Source: Chiloscyllium plagiosum
Lineage: Eukaryota
Direction of reading: 5' to 3'
NCBI RefSeq assembly: GCF_004010195.1
Contig: NC_057718.1
Coordinates: 56,492,174-56,556,173 of the forward strand
Length of the DNA stretch: 64,000 bases
This document shows, piece after piece, positions 51,559-62,402 of this stretch; within the stretch, counting starts at the first letter, position 1; every line of letters begins with the position of its first letter. A program made the translations under genes and the position numbers. The notes beneath the pieces were generated by a model. It worked only from the letters and a program-made list of their open reading frames with translations, searched no databases and was not told the DNA's origin.

Positions 51559-53655
51559 ATGCTTCACCGGTGCACCGCTCTCCTCTTCGCCCTACGACTG
51601 ATGCCTTCTTTCCCCGAGATACATGACAACTTCTACCGCCACGGTGTTGCCTTCAACGCGTCTGACGCCATCTGTATTCCTCCAAGGGACAAGCCCGACA
51701 AGATCGACGCATTCTACAAGGCCTGGCTGGAGGTCCTCCCGGGCGTACAGACACTCTGTTTATTCTGCACGTCGGAGCGCGACCCCACGGCCGACCTGCC
51801 TCCGGCGTGCTGAGGCGATGGACTTGGGGGGTTGCATGTTCGGGACAATGTGTGCCATGCCGGAGGACCTCGCCTCTGCCCCGGCCTTTGATGCTTTTAC
51901 TTTACGGGATCTGTCTGTTTGGGGGTATTATGAGCCCACCAATGCCACGGTAATCTCCTTGTATTTGTGCTTTCCACCCGCCCCAAACACACCATCGACC
52001 ACAACTCCCGAGATATTGCCGTGCCCCTCTCTGGGACTAGGGCCCGCGGGGGGAACTGGTATTGTGGGATGAGGGAGAGGCCCTTTATGACAACGTCCGA
52101 CATGAGGTCGTACCTGTGCTGGTCAATATATCGGGCATCCAGGTACCGGACTATTGCACAGCACAGGTACGCAACCTATACGCCATGATGGGGAAGGAGG
52201 TTATAGAGAGGGCCATAGATGCCATGGGGGCAACCCACTACCGGACCGACATACATAACACACACACACAACGACACAGACGAGACATAGTCAACGATGC
52301 TCTCACAGGACTCAACATGGGGACATCCGTAGTAAACTCCCTAGACATTCAGGGCCTTAACGAAAAAAATCGAGCAACTAAAAGGGGTAATGAGGGACCT
52401 GCTACAAAGGTCTCTCACAGATCAGGCAGACCAGGCATTCTTGGGGGAAGAGGGAGCATACATCCAGCTCGATGGCATTGCAATCCTGGAAACACACGCC
52501 CACACCATTAACCACCTTATAGACCGGGAAAGAGAAAACACAGCCCATATCCATGAGGGGCATATGGCCTGTTGATGGTAGCCCAGATCCGGCATAATCT
52601 TGACCAGGTCCAAAGGGGGGAGGTGCCCGACTGGATCGACAGCGCCAAACTGGCCTCACTTGCGAGGCGCTCCGGGCCGCTCGACAGCCGGACTCTGAAG
52701 GGTATGACCAGAGTATACCCAGTGATTCCCGACTGTGAGGTCAGTGAGGTGACAGGAGTCGGGATTGTCCTCCTGATCCCCGTGGTCACCCCAGGGTCTG
52801 GGCCATTTCCCCTGTTTCACATTGAGAACATTGGAGTCATACGGGAAAACGCTTCCCTCAAATATCGTTTAGCTCACCACACAGCCATATCTCGAAACGG
52901 CGCTGTGTATGGGGTGCCGCTTACAGGCTGCAAGCGGCAGGGGGCAATTACCATCTGCCCTCACCCCTTACGAAGGAGTGAAACAGCGGAATGCGGGTTC
53001 AACCGGACACAGAGCTGCACCCTGGAAATCGAACCCACGGGCCCCCACTTCACTAGGGTGGGGTATGGTGGAAGGGGACAGTATTGTGTTTCCACTCTTG
53101 AAACCTCATTTTGGTATAACGGACTGCAGTGCCCGATTCCCCAGCACGAGTTCTGCTTCACCCCCAGGCGCCCAGTCACGATTGGACAAGCTCACATCTC
53201 AGAGGTCCGACGACGGAACCCCGAGTCCATACAAACTACCGACAAATTCAGGGACACCCTCAGGGAATATCAGGAGCCCGAACAAGCCCCCATCCCACAT
53301 TTGGCCGAGGTCTTACGGGAGCTTAGGACCCGGGTACAGCACTCAGTGAAACTGTACTACCAGTTGCAATCACATATAAAGGACCTAGGGGAGAACACAG
53401 AGACAGCTCTGCAGTCCCAGGGCTGGGCACAGAGAGTGTGGGATTGGGGCCTAAACGCCCATACATCCCTGGATCCGAATCATCTCGCACACCATTGTAG
53501 GCATACAGTTACTGCTGGCTCTGGCCTGGTTCCTGGTGGCGTGTCACTCATGCCGTCAGCACAAGAAACGAACGGCCAGAAAGACCATGCTCCACGCCAT
53601 AGACTCCTGGCGGGTGATCAGGCACCACGAGCTCACAGGGCTCGAGTTAATGTAA
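51559..53655 (+). pseudogene. env: ERV env, class I fusion glycoprotein, about 5 frameshifts
   Basis: Signal-like MLHRCTALLFALRLMP; N-glycosylation sequons (NAS, NAT, NIS, NRT); furin site RHRR 52272-52283; fusion-peptide/heptad region; Cys-rich ectodomain (ORF 52572..); frameshifted TM IISHTIVGIQLLLALAWFLVAC; basic tail; TAA 53653-53655. Confidence 0.85.
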
Positions 53656-53778
53656 TCATCTCCCGGGACTATCCAAAGGCCCCATGACTGCTGTATGACG
53701 GCCGGCAGAATGTACCGGGCGAGGAACCGACTTTCAAGGTATCGGCATCGGGGGTGTGGATGTGTCCAACCTCTTGCC

Positions 53779-53790
53779 GAAAGGGGGGAC
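53779..53790 (+). promoter_or_regulatory. Polypurine tract
   Basis: GAAAGGGGGGAC immediately before the 3' LTR. Confidence 0.85.
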
Positions 53791-54524
53791 TACAAGCGGG
53801 CATCAGACCTGCCCCGCATTTGCCACGGGACTATGCCTACATCGGTAAAACCAAAGGAATTCATTTTGTGTTTTAAAAACGGCAGCCGCAGCTTAAACCC
53901 ACAGAACTCGGCAGCTGCCGGTCCCCCCACGTGACTGAGAGATGGGAGCCAGAGGACAGATCAAATCCACACTAGGCCAGACACTAACCATGACTCATAG
54001 ACTGAAACTCCGGAGCTAATTAATATGGAAACCCATCTCCTAATCAAATCAAGAGACTGACTGAAACACACCCATATTCATCAATACAGAACCATCCTGA
54101 CACAAAGGACAGGCATCCACCAGACAGGAACGAACAGACTAATACACACCAGCACCCCAAGGGAACAAAGGGGGGGTGCTAGACCCCAGCCCTCACAGAG
54201 AGAGACAAGCAGATAGTACCCGGACCCGTTTACATAATCCAATTAGCACCCTATTGTGTGTACACGGCAACTCTCCTGGGACGGCAGGAAACCCACCATT
54301 TGCACCTACTCCAGCGATGATGGGGAACTATCATCCCATTCATACTCAAAATCCTCCCAAGCTGACAAAGAAAGGTATATAATGTGTAGCAGCGCGCGGG
54401 AACAACAGAACAGCCGAGATTCGGACCTCGGTTGGTCTCCGCCGGTGTTATTGTATCAGTAAACGTTACCGATTGTTGAACAGCACTCTGGGCTTGGACT
54501 GATATCATTTCATCCGCGCTAACA
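53791..54524 (+). repeat. ERV 3' LTR (734 bp; starts TA instead of TG, ends CA)
   Basis: About 37 substitutions and 1 indel versus the 5' LTR by hand count; preceded by the PPT; polyA signal reads AGTAAA (54458-54463). Confidence 0.95.
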
Positions 54525-56041
54525 CACCTCAATCTCATTCTGAAATATGGTTTGATGGAAGGAGCAGGAGCAGATGGCGTGACCATGGTTCTTCCGCTTT
54601 CCATCAGAATTGCCACTTACCTCGGTTCAAGCCTCCCCTTATAGATCCAAATTCCCTAGAGGTTTTGGTTGCACAGCTTCAGGTCAGCTAGGATTAAGAG
54701 GAAGAGAAACTGCATGGCAGTGGTGAATAGTGACCATCACTTGATCTGATACTCCCAGTCATTGCAGGTACCAGTACTGCATGAACTTCAGAGCGTAATC
54801 TTGAATCAGGATCTGTATTATTTAATCAATGGGCAAGACTAGACTACAGCCAGGTGGTGAAAAGAGGGTGAACTTTGCCAAATCTCCAAAGGGTAAGGTA
54901 ACAAATGTTATGATGTTGCAAAGAGCTCAGATAAAGATTATAAAAGGGCAACATAAAATGGAATGCAGATGATAGTGGACAAAATTATGTTTGAGGTTTT
55001 ACTGTCAAAGAGCATAGCGGAATCAGGCTCCAGTGTGACAGAGCTTAGGATCTACCCTTTCCAATGTCTATATGGCGACAGCCAATTCCATAGTAGCACT
55101 AGTGCACCAGCCCTTGGAGCAATTCCATTGCAACATAAGATCACCATGGATGCAGATCTCAGTGCTCAAACAGGTCTGTATACTTTAACAGTAGCAGCAA
55201 TCTGTCCTTTAGCAAATTACTAAGATTGATGAGCTGCCACCATGTGAGAGCAGTGACAAAGTGACCTCAATATGAAGACATTCGCGGTACCTGATGTCCC
55301 GTAACCTCTCAATCAGCCAAAACTGCTCTACCCATGGTAAGGTGGTGCAATCTGAATCTAGGTTCTCAAAGCCTAAAGATGCTTAACAGCATCATTTCAG
55401 GTCATTCACAACTGCCCATGCACAAAGTCAAAGTCAGCAGAGTTTCACAGACATATAATCACAGAGATAGCACAGTATAGGAGCAACCATACCTCCAAGA
55501 CAAGCATGAGCTATTGTTGATGCAAATAGATGGCGTTGTAGGATAAAGATGCTTGATGCAGATTTGTGTTTGTCCTTTGTTTAATTAATTTATTGAAAAA
55601 GTGGGAATTGTTGGCTAGGTCAGCATTTATTGCCCACCCCTAGCTGCCTTTGAGAAGGCGATGGTGAGCGGTTTTCTTGAAGTGCTGTGATCCAATTGGT
55701 GCAGGTACACCCACAACTCCATGTAAGATGGAGTTTCAGGATTTTAATACGCAGACTCCGAACTAATAGACATATAATTCCAAGTCTGGATGGTGAGTAG
55801 TTTGGAAGAGTTCTGGCAGGTGGTAATGTTCCCATGTTTCCTCCACTTTGAACCTTCTGACAGTAGTGTTTATAGGTTAGGAAGCACTGTCTAAGGAGCC
55901 TTGGCGAATTAGATAAGTGCATCTTGTAGATAGTGCATATTCGTGCTACCGTGTGCTGGTGTTGGAAGAAGTTAATATTTCTGGATGCAGTGCCAGACAA
56001 GTGGCTGCTTTGTTCTGGATGGTGTCAAGTCTCTGAATGCT

Positions 56042-56522
56042 AGATTCTAGATTCCCTACAGTGTGGAAACAGGCCCTTCGGCCCAACAAGTCCACACTGA
56101 CCCTCTGAAGAGTAACCCCATCCAGACACATTTCCCTCTGACTAATGCACCTAACAATATGGGCAATTTAGCATGGCCAATTCACCTGACCTGCACATCT
56201 TTGGACTGTGGGAGGAAACTGGAGCACCCGGAGGAAATCCACGCAGACATGGGGAGAATGTGCAAACTCCACACAGACATTTGCCCGAGGCCTGCCCTTA
56301 AGCCTCGGCACAATAACGCTGAATTTTGGCAGAGGCTTAGGGAGATGCAGATCTGCCACAACCTTCACAATAGGGACGTGGCCGGCCTGGTCCGGACCAA
56401 ACTCCCGGAGAACCTGTGGTCCAGGCTCCAGCCCGTGCACCAGAATGGGTCCTGAGGGAGGAAACCAGAGCACCCAGAGACATTTGCCCGAGGCTGGCAT
56501 CGAACCTGGGACCCTGGTGCTG
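56042..56522 (-). mobile_element. HE1-type V-SINE, rearranged, carrying the gag fragment
   Basis: Reverse complement of the HE1 tail, V-domain and head, interrupted at 56291-56454. Confidence 0.85.
56291..56454 (+). other. 164 bp copy of ERV gag (46950-47114) embedded in a SINE
   Basis: Identical except for 1 substitution and 1 indel. Confidence 0.95.
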
Positions 56523-56838
56523 GACCCTGAGCCACCAGGCCGCTGTTGGAGGTATGCTCATCTAGGCAAGTGGGGAGCATTCCTTTACACTCTTGACTTG
56601 TTCCTTGTAGATGGTGAAAGGCTTTGACCTGCTCTTATAGAGACAGTATTTATAAGGCTAGCCCAGTTCAGTTGTTTTGATTAAAAACACTCCAATGTTG
56701 TTGTACAGGATTCAGCCATGAAAAAGTCTTCGACTAACAAGGTATGATGCTTAGATATTCTTGTTTGAGATCATTATTGTCTGGCAATGGTGATAGGAAT
56801 ATTACTTGTCACTTGTCAGTACAAGTCTGGATATTTGT

Positions 56839-57142
56839 GGGCAGTATGGTGGCTCAATGGTTAGCGCTGCTGCCTCACAGCGCCAGGGACCTGGGTTTGA
56901 TTCCAGCCTCGGGTGACTGCCTGTGTGGAGTTTGCACATTCTCCCCATGTCTGCGTGGGTTTCCTCTGGGTGCTCTGGTTTCCTCCCTCAGTCCAAAGAT
57001 GTGTAGACCAGGTGAATTGGCCATGTTAAATTACCCATAGTGTTAGGTGCATTAGGCAGGGGGGGTGGGTTGCTCTTCGGAGGGTCGGTGTGGACTTGTT
57101 GGGCCGAAGGGCCTGTTTCCATACGATAGGGAATCTAATCTA
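56839..57142 (+). mobile_element. HE1-type V-SINE
   Basis: A/B boxes, V-domain, CR1-like tail. Confidence 0.88.
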
Positions 57143-57789
57143 TTTGAGCACAAATTGCTTCAATACCTGAGAAGTCAATTTAGAGCTGGAGGTTGGGTGA
57201 GTGGACAGTGTGATTGGATGTAATGGTGGGTCCATGTTTGTTTGGTCAAGTTGATTCAGTGAAAGTAAACTCTCATAATCCACTTTCTTAATGTATACAG
57301 TTACTCGAAATCCATAGTGCCTGCTCCTTTTCCCAAGGTGGCCATCCTAATAATAACTGAATTGACTAATAGCCAGGACAAAGCATATTACCACAATCTC
57401 AGAGATCCTGTTTGCCATTCCTGCAGCAAGCCCCCTGAACATTTTTGACAGTGGAAGCATAATTTCAGGAAGTTTACTGCATGCTCTACTAGGGTATGAT
57501 TCACTTCATGGTTTTTATTGTAAGTCTACTTGAGTTGTAGGATAGCAGAAAGGAACCATAAGACATACGTTGTATGTAATTATGTCCCTCAGCATTCTCC
57601 AGCTTTTTTAGAAAGTCCAAAGATGGTGAGTTAGGACAGACTGGCGCAGAATGGGAAGCATCATGACTGCTGCTATGACAGCATGCATTCACGGAAATGA
57701 AAGTTTTGGTGCGGTCACACAACCATGTAATGCTAGCATTTGCAAATTTCTGTTTCTTCCCTCACTGAGATGGGTGACCTGTAGAACCA

Positions 57790-59104
57790 TGTCATAGAGT
57801 CATAGAGATTATACAGAACGCAAACAGACCCTTCGGTCCAACTTGTCCATGCCCGCGAGATGTACTAAACTAATCTACTCCCATTTGCCAGCATTTGGCC
57901 CATAGCCCCCTCAATCCTTCCTATTCATATACCCATCTAGATGCCCTGTAAATTTTGCATTGTACCAGCCTCCATCACTTACTTGGCAGCTCATTCCATA
58001 TACCTACCACTTTCTGTGTGAAAAAGTTGTCCTTTTTAAATCTCTCCTCTCACCTTAAACCTTTGACATCTAGTTTTGGACTCACCCACCCCAGGGAAAG
58101 ACTTTGTCTATTTACCTTATCCGTGCTTCTCATAATTTCATAAACTTCTATAAGGTCACCTGTCAGCCTCGGACCCTGCTGGAAAAGTAGCCCCAGTCTA
58201 TTCAGCGATGTCCCCGTAGCTCAAATCCTCCAACTCTGATAACATCCTTGTAAATCTTTTCTGAACCCTTTCAAGTTTCACAGTTAAAAATCATCCAACA
58301 CCAGGTTATAATTCAACAGGTTTATTTGGAAACACAAGCTTTCGGAGGGCTGCTCCTTCATCAGGAGATCCAAAAGCTAGTGCTTCCAAACAAACCTGTT
58401 GGACTATAACCTGGTGTTGTGTGATTTTTAACTTTGTACACCCCAGTCCAACACCAGCACCTCCTATTCAAGTTTCACAACATCCTTCCTATAGCAGGGA
58501 GACAGGAATTGCACACAATATTCCAATAGTGGCCCAACCAGTCTCCTGTACAGCCACAATATGACCTCCCAACTTCTACATTCAATGCACTGACCAATAA
58601 AGACCAGCATACCAAATGCCTTCTTCACTATCCGATCTACCAGAGACTCCACTTTCAAGGAACTACGAACTTGCACTCCAAGGTCTCTGTGTTCAGCAAC
58701 ACTCCCCAGGATCTCAGTGTATAAATCCTGTACTGATCTGCCTTACCAAAACGCAGCAACTCAGATTTATCTAAATTAAACTCCATCTGCCACTGCTCAG
58801 CCCATTGGATCAAGATCCCATTATACTCTGAGGTAAACTTCTTCACTGTCCACTACACCAATGTTGGTGTCATCTGCAAACTTACTAACCATATCTCCTA
58901 TGTTCACATCCAAATCATTTATATAAAATGACAAAAGCAGTAGACTCAGCACCAATCCTGTGTACACTGCTGGTCACAGGCCTCCAATCTGAAAAACAAC
59001 CCTCCACCAATCCCCTCTGTCTTCTACGTTTGAGCCAATTCCATATGCAAAATAGCTAGTTCTCCCTCTATTCCATATGATCTAATCTTGCTAACCAGTC
59101 TACC
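57790..59104 (-). mobile_element. CR1 LINE 3' part; continues at ~60355-60490 beyond the PLE insertion
   Basis: ORFs 58464..58676 and 58655..58846; SKFADDT. Confidence 0.88.
58283..58466. mobile_element. Terminus of a second PLE family, inserted as an inverted dimer
   Basis: TSD TTCAAGTTTCACA (58270-58282, 58467-58479); same family as 8373-8495. Confidence 0.8.
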
Positions 59105-60350
59105 AGGAGAAAGTAAGGACTGCAGATGCTGGAGATCCAAGTAGAGAGTGTGGTGCCAAAAAAAAGAGGCGGCCCAGGACCTGCATGTCCTTGGTGGAGT
59201 GGGAGGGGGAGTTAAAGCGTTCAGCCATGGGGCAGTGGTGTTGGTTGGTGTGGGTGTCCCAGAGAAGTTCTCTGAAACAATCCACAAGTTGGCGTCCTGT
59301 CTCTCCGATGTAGACAAGACCACATCGGGTGCAACGGATGCAGTGGATGACATTAGTGGAGGTACAGGCAAATCTCTGTCGGATGTGGAAGGATCCTTTG
59401 GGGCCTTGGACAGAGGTGAGGAAGGAGGTGCGGATGCAGTTTTTGCACTTCCTGCAGTGGCAGGGGAAGATGCCAGGAGTGGGGTGAGGGCTGGTGGGGG
59501 GAATGGATCTGACAAGAGAGTCATGGAGGTAATGGTTTCCCCAAAACACTGATGGGGAGGGAAATATATCCCTAGTGATGGGTCTGTTTGTAGGTGGCAG
59601 AAGCAGTGGACGATGATGCACTGTAAACGGAGGTTGGTAGAGTGGAGGAGAGGACCGGAGGGGTTCTGTCCTTGTTGCGTTGGGACAGTGGGGTTCAAGG
59701 GCAGAGGTGTGGGAAGTGGGGGAGATGTCCTGGAGGGTATCATCGACCACATAGGAGGCCATCTGGGATTTTCTGTGGTGGAACTGGTCATCCTGGGAAC
59801 AGATGTGGCAGAGGCAGAGGAATTGGGAATAAGGGATGGTGTTTTTACAGGAAGCAGGGTGTGAAAAGGTTAGCTGTGAGAGCCCGTGGGTTTGTAGTAG
59901 ATGTCCATGGTTACTCGGTTGCTGGAGATGGAGATGGAGAGGTCCAGGAAGCTTCCGAGATGGTCCAGGTGAATTTGAGGTCATGGTGAAAGGTGATTGT
60001 GAAGTTGGCAAACTGTTCCACTTCCTCGTGGGAGCAGAAGGTAACGCCAATTCAGTCATCGATGTAGCGGAGGAAAAGGTGGGGGATAGTGCTGGTGTAG
60101 CTGCGGAAGATGGACTGTTCCACGTACCCGACAATGAGGCAGGCATAGCTGGGGCCCACGCGGGTGTCCATGGCTACGCCTTTGGCTTGGAGGAAGTGGG
60201 AGGATTGGAAGGAGAAGCTGTTAAGAATGAAGACTAGTTGAGCCAGGCAGATGAAGGTGTCAGTGGAAGGGTATTGGTTGGGATGGTGAGAGAGGAAAAA
60301 ATGGAGGGCTTGGAGGCCTTCGTCATGGTGGACAGATGTGTACAGGATAG
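59105..60350 (-). mobile_element. Penelope-like element (RT, Cys linker and GIY-YIG; Neptune-like), truncated and frameshifted
   Basis: GVAMDTRVGPSYA and RYIDD (RT); CHCRKCKNC linker; VIHCIRCTRCGLVYIGETGR (GIY-YIG). Confidence 0.9.
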
Positions 60351-62093
60351 GTGAGGACCAATCTACCATGAGGAACTTTGTCAAAACACCTTATTCAAGT
60401 CCATCTAAATCACATCTATTGCTCTACCCTCATCAATGCTCTGTTACTTTTTAAAAACTCAATTAAGTTAGTGAGACACGATTTCCTGAGCAAAAGTTAG
60501 TTGAAAGCACCTTGCCTGCAAATTACTGAGTGACTGGAGTTCAAAGCCTTGTTTGCTTCTTTCTTGTTTGCAGAGTGATATGCAAATGTGTTGAGAGAAC
60601 AAATGTTGCATTAGTCAGTCAAGCCGAGAAATTAGGACACTGCAATCTCATGTTTCCAGGATACCTGCATAGGTACAATTTTGTGCAGACCTCAGTATGA
60701 GCTGTGCAGAAGCCCACTGGTGGCCTTAAGATCCACTAGAAAAAGGCACTGGGCTTGCAGTAATGCTATGTAACTGATTTTCACACCCAGAATGTTTTTA
60801 GATGAGCCTAATTGTCATCAACTATCAATTTTGCTTTTCTGCTTTATGATGTCCTGATTAAGTCAATTTGACACAGTCACTCCTTAAGGAGCATGCCAAG
60901 TAATGTTTTTTCCTGATCTGTAGGTTACAAAAGGATGAAATCACTGGAGATTTTCTTATGCATCTGCAATTTTCTTTTCTCTGTCAATTATGCTGGCCAA
61001 GACCAGGACAGTCATTTAGTGATATTTTCTTACTTGATCATCTTTTGATGAAAGCCATCATGCTGCTTGGATATAGTTTGCTTAAAAAAAAACTGGTTTC
61101 AAAAACACTGAAGATTTTTTCAGGTTTACGAAATTGTAAGTTTTATGGTATACCAGTTCTTTAATAATTTGCAGACTTGTTGACTCTGTGGGGCTTTTGA
61201 GGCAAGAATCCACAATGCAAAATTTACTTGACAAATCCAATGTTCTTTCTGGTAAAAGACGATCAATCAATCCCAAGAAAGTGAGCTGCCCTGGCTTGCT
61301 TCAATCAGTTTGAATTTCAACTAAGCAGCAGACATCACTGGTCAAAATCATAAGTTGAAGAAATCTGAATTTAAAATTGTTGGTTAACTTGTATTAAGAG
61401 TCTCAAATTAAGCAATTCATTTCCAATGGAAGGTAGTTTGATTTAAATTGATAATTTTAAGTTGCTTTATTCAAAAGAATGATAATAGACTCAATTGGTT
61501 ACACTTTATAATTGCATTAATATTTCTACTTTATACAATGTAATCAATATCATTCAAATTCATAAATTTGAATAGGATAGGAATAGGAATTCTAAAAATT
61601 CTTTGACTGGATGACAGAAACTCAACTGAGTATCTGACTTCATAAAATAGAGATTTCCTGGTAATTGGCTCACATTACTATTGATGAATACAATAGAATG
61701 GTGCAGATGGAATTTAACCCTGATAAATGTGAGGTGATGCACATGAAAAGGTTAAAAATTTGTCTACTTCAACCTTGAATATATTTAACAAAACAGCTTC
61801 GATAGCCCTCTGTGAGAAAGAATTCCACAGATTTACTATCCTGAGAGAAGAAATTCCTCCTCATCTTGGTCTTAAGTGCACAAGCCCTTATTCTGAAAAG
61901 ATCCACTTTCCTTCAGGAATAATATCCTATCTTTCCATTTTACTAGGACCAGAGGTCTGCTGAGAGATATTAAATCTAAACAAAATCTTCCATCTTCTTA
62001 TAGAATGAAGTAGATTGGTGTGGGATAGCTGGACTGGTAATGAGGTAAGATCACATGCCCTTTGGTCCTAGACCTTCCCACAAGAAGAAATAA

Positions 62094-62402
62094 TTAGATT
62101 ACTTACAGTGTGGAAACAGGCCCTTCAGCCCAACAAGGTCCACACCGACCCGCCGAAGCACAACTCACCCATTCCCCTACATTTACCTCTTTACCTAACA
62201 CTACAGGCAATTTAGCACGGCCAATTCCCCTGACCTGGACATCTTTGGACTGTGGGAGGAAACCGGAGCACCCGGAGGAAACCCACGCAGACATGGGGAG
62301 AATGTGCAAACTCCACACAGACAGTCGCCTGAGTCGGGAATTGAACCCGGGTCTCTGGCGCTGTGAGGCAGCAGTGCTAACCACTATGCCACCGTGCCGC
62401 CC
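62094..62402 (-). mobile_element. HE1-type V-SINE nested in a minus-strand CR1 relic (~61740-62880)
   Basis: Reverse complement of the HE1 structure. Confidence 0.88.

Larger units (their letters stand above)
44694..54524 (+). mobile_element. Full-length endogenous retrovirus (LTR-gag-pro-pol-env-LTR), coding regions decayed
   Basis: Two ~735 bp LTRs; 4-bp TSD CACC (44690-44693, 54525-54528); PBS; PPT; gag, pol and env motifs in retroviral order. Confidence 0.96.

Noticed and set aside
52572..53687. 371 aa ORF as an intact domesticated env gene
   Set aside because: No signal peptide or cleavage site in frame, and the membrane anchor is in another frame after ~53460; it is a fragment of a frameshifted env
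53695..54462. Short ORFs in or near the LTRs as accessory genes
   Set aside because: Short, no recognisable motifs; the ORF at 53695 is interrupted by stops in the 5' LTR copy
44694..54524. Calling the ERV a true foamy virus or a definite lokiretrovirus
   Set aside because: The CCHC Gag, Pro-like PBS, in-frame gag-pro and lack of post-env accessory genes argue against a spumavirus; a lokiretrovirus assignment needs a phylogeny
61082..61276. Possible exon 1 of the kinase (ends ...aga act g|gtatac, RT-A like)
   Set aside because: The phase-1 frame has a TAA just upstream and there is no VKHE-like motif; exon 1 is probably outside the window
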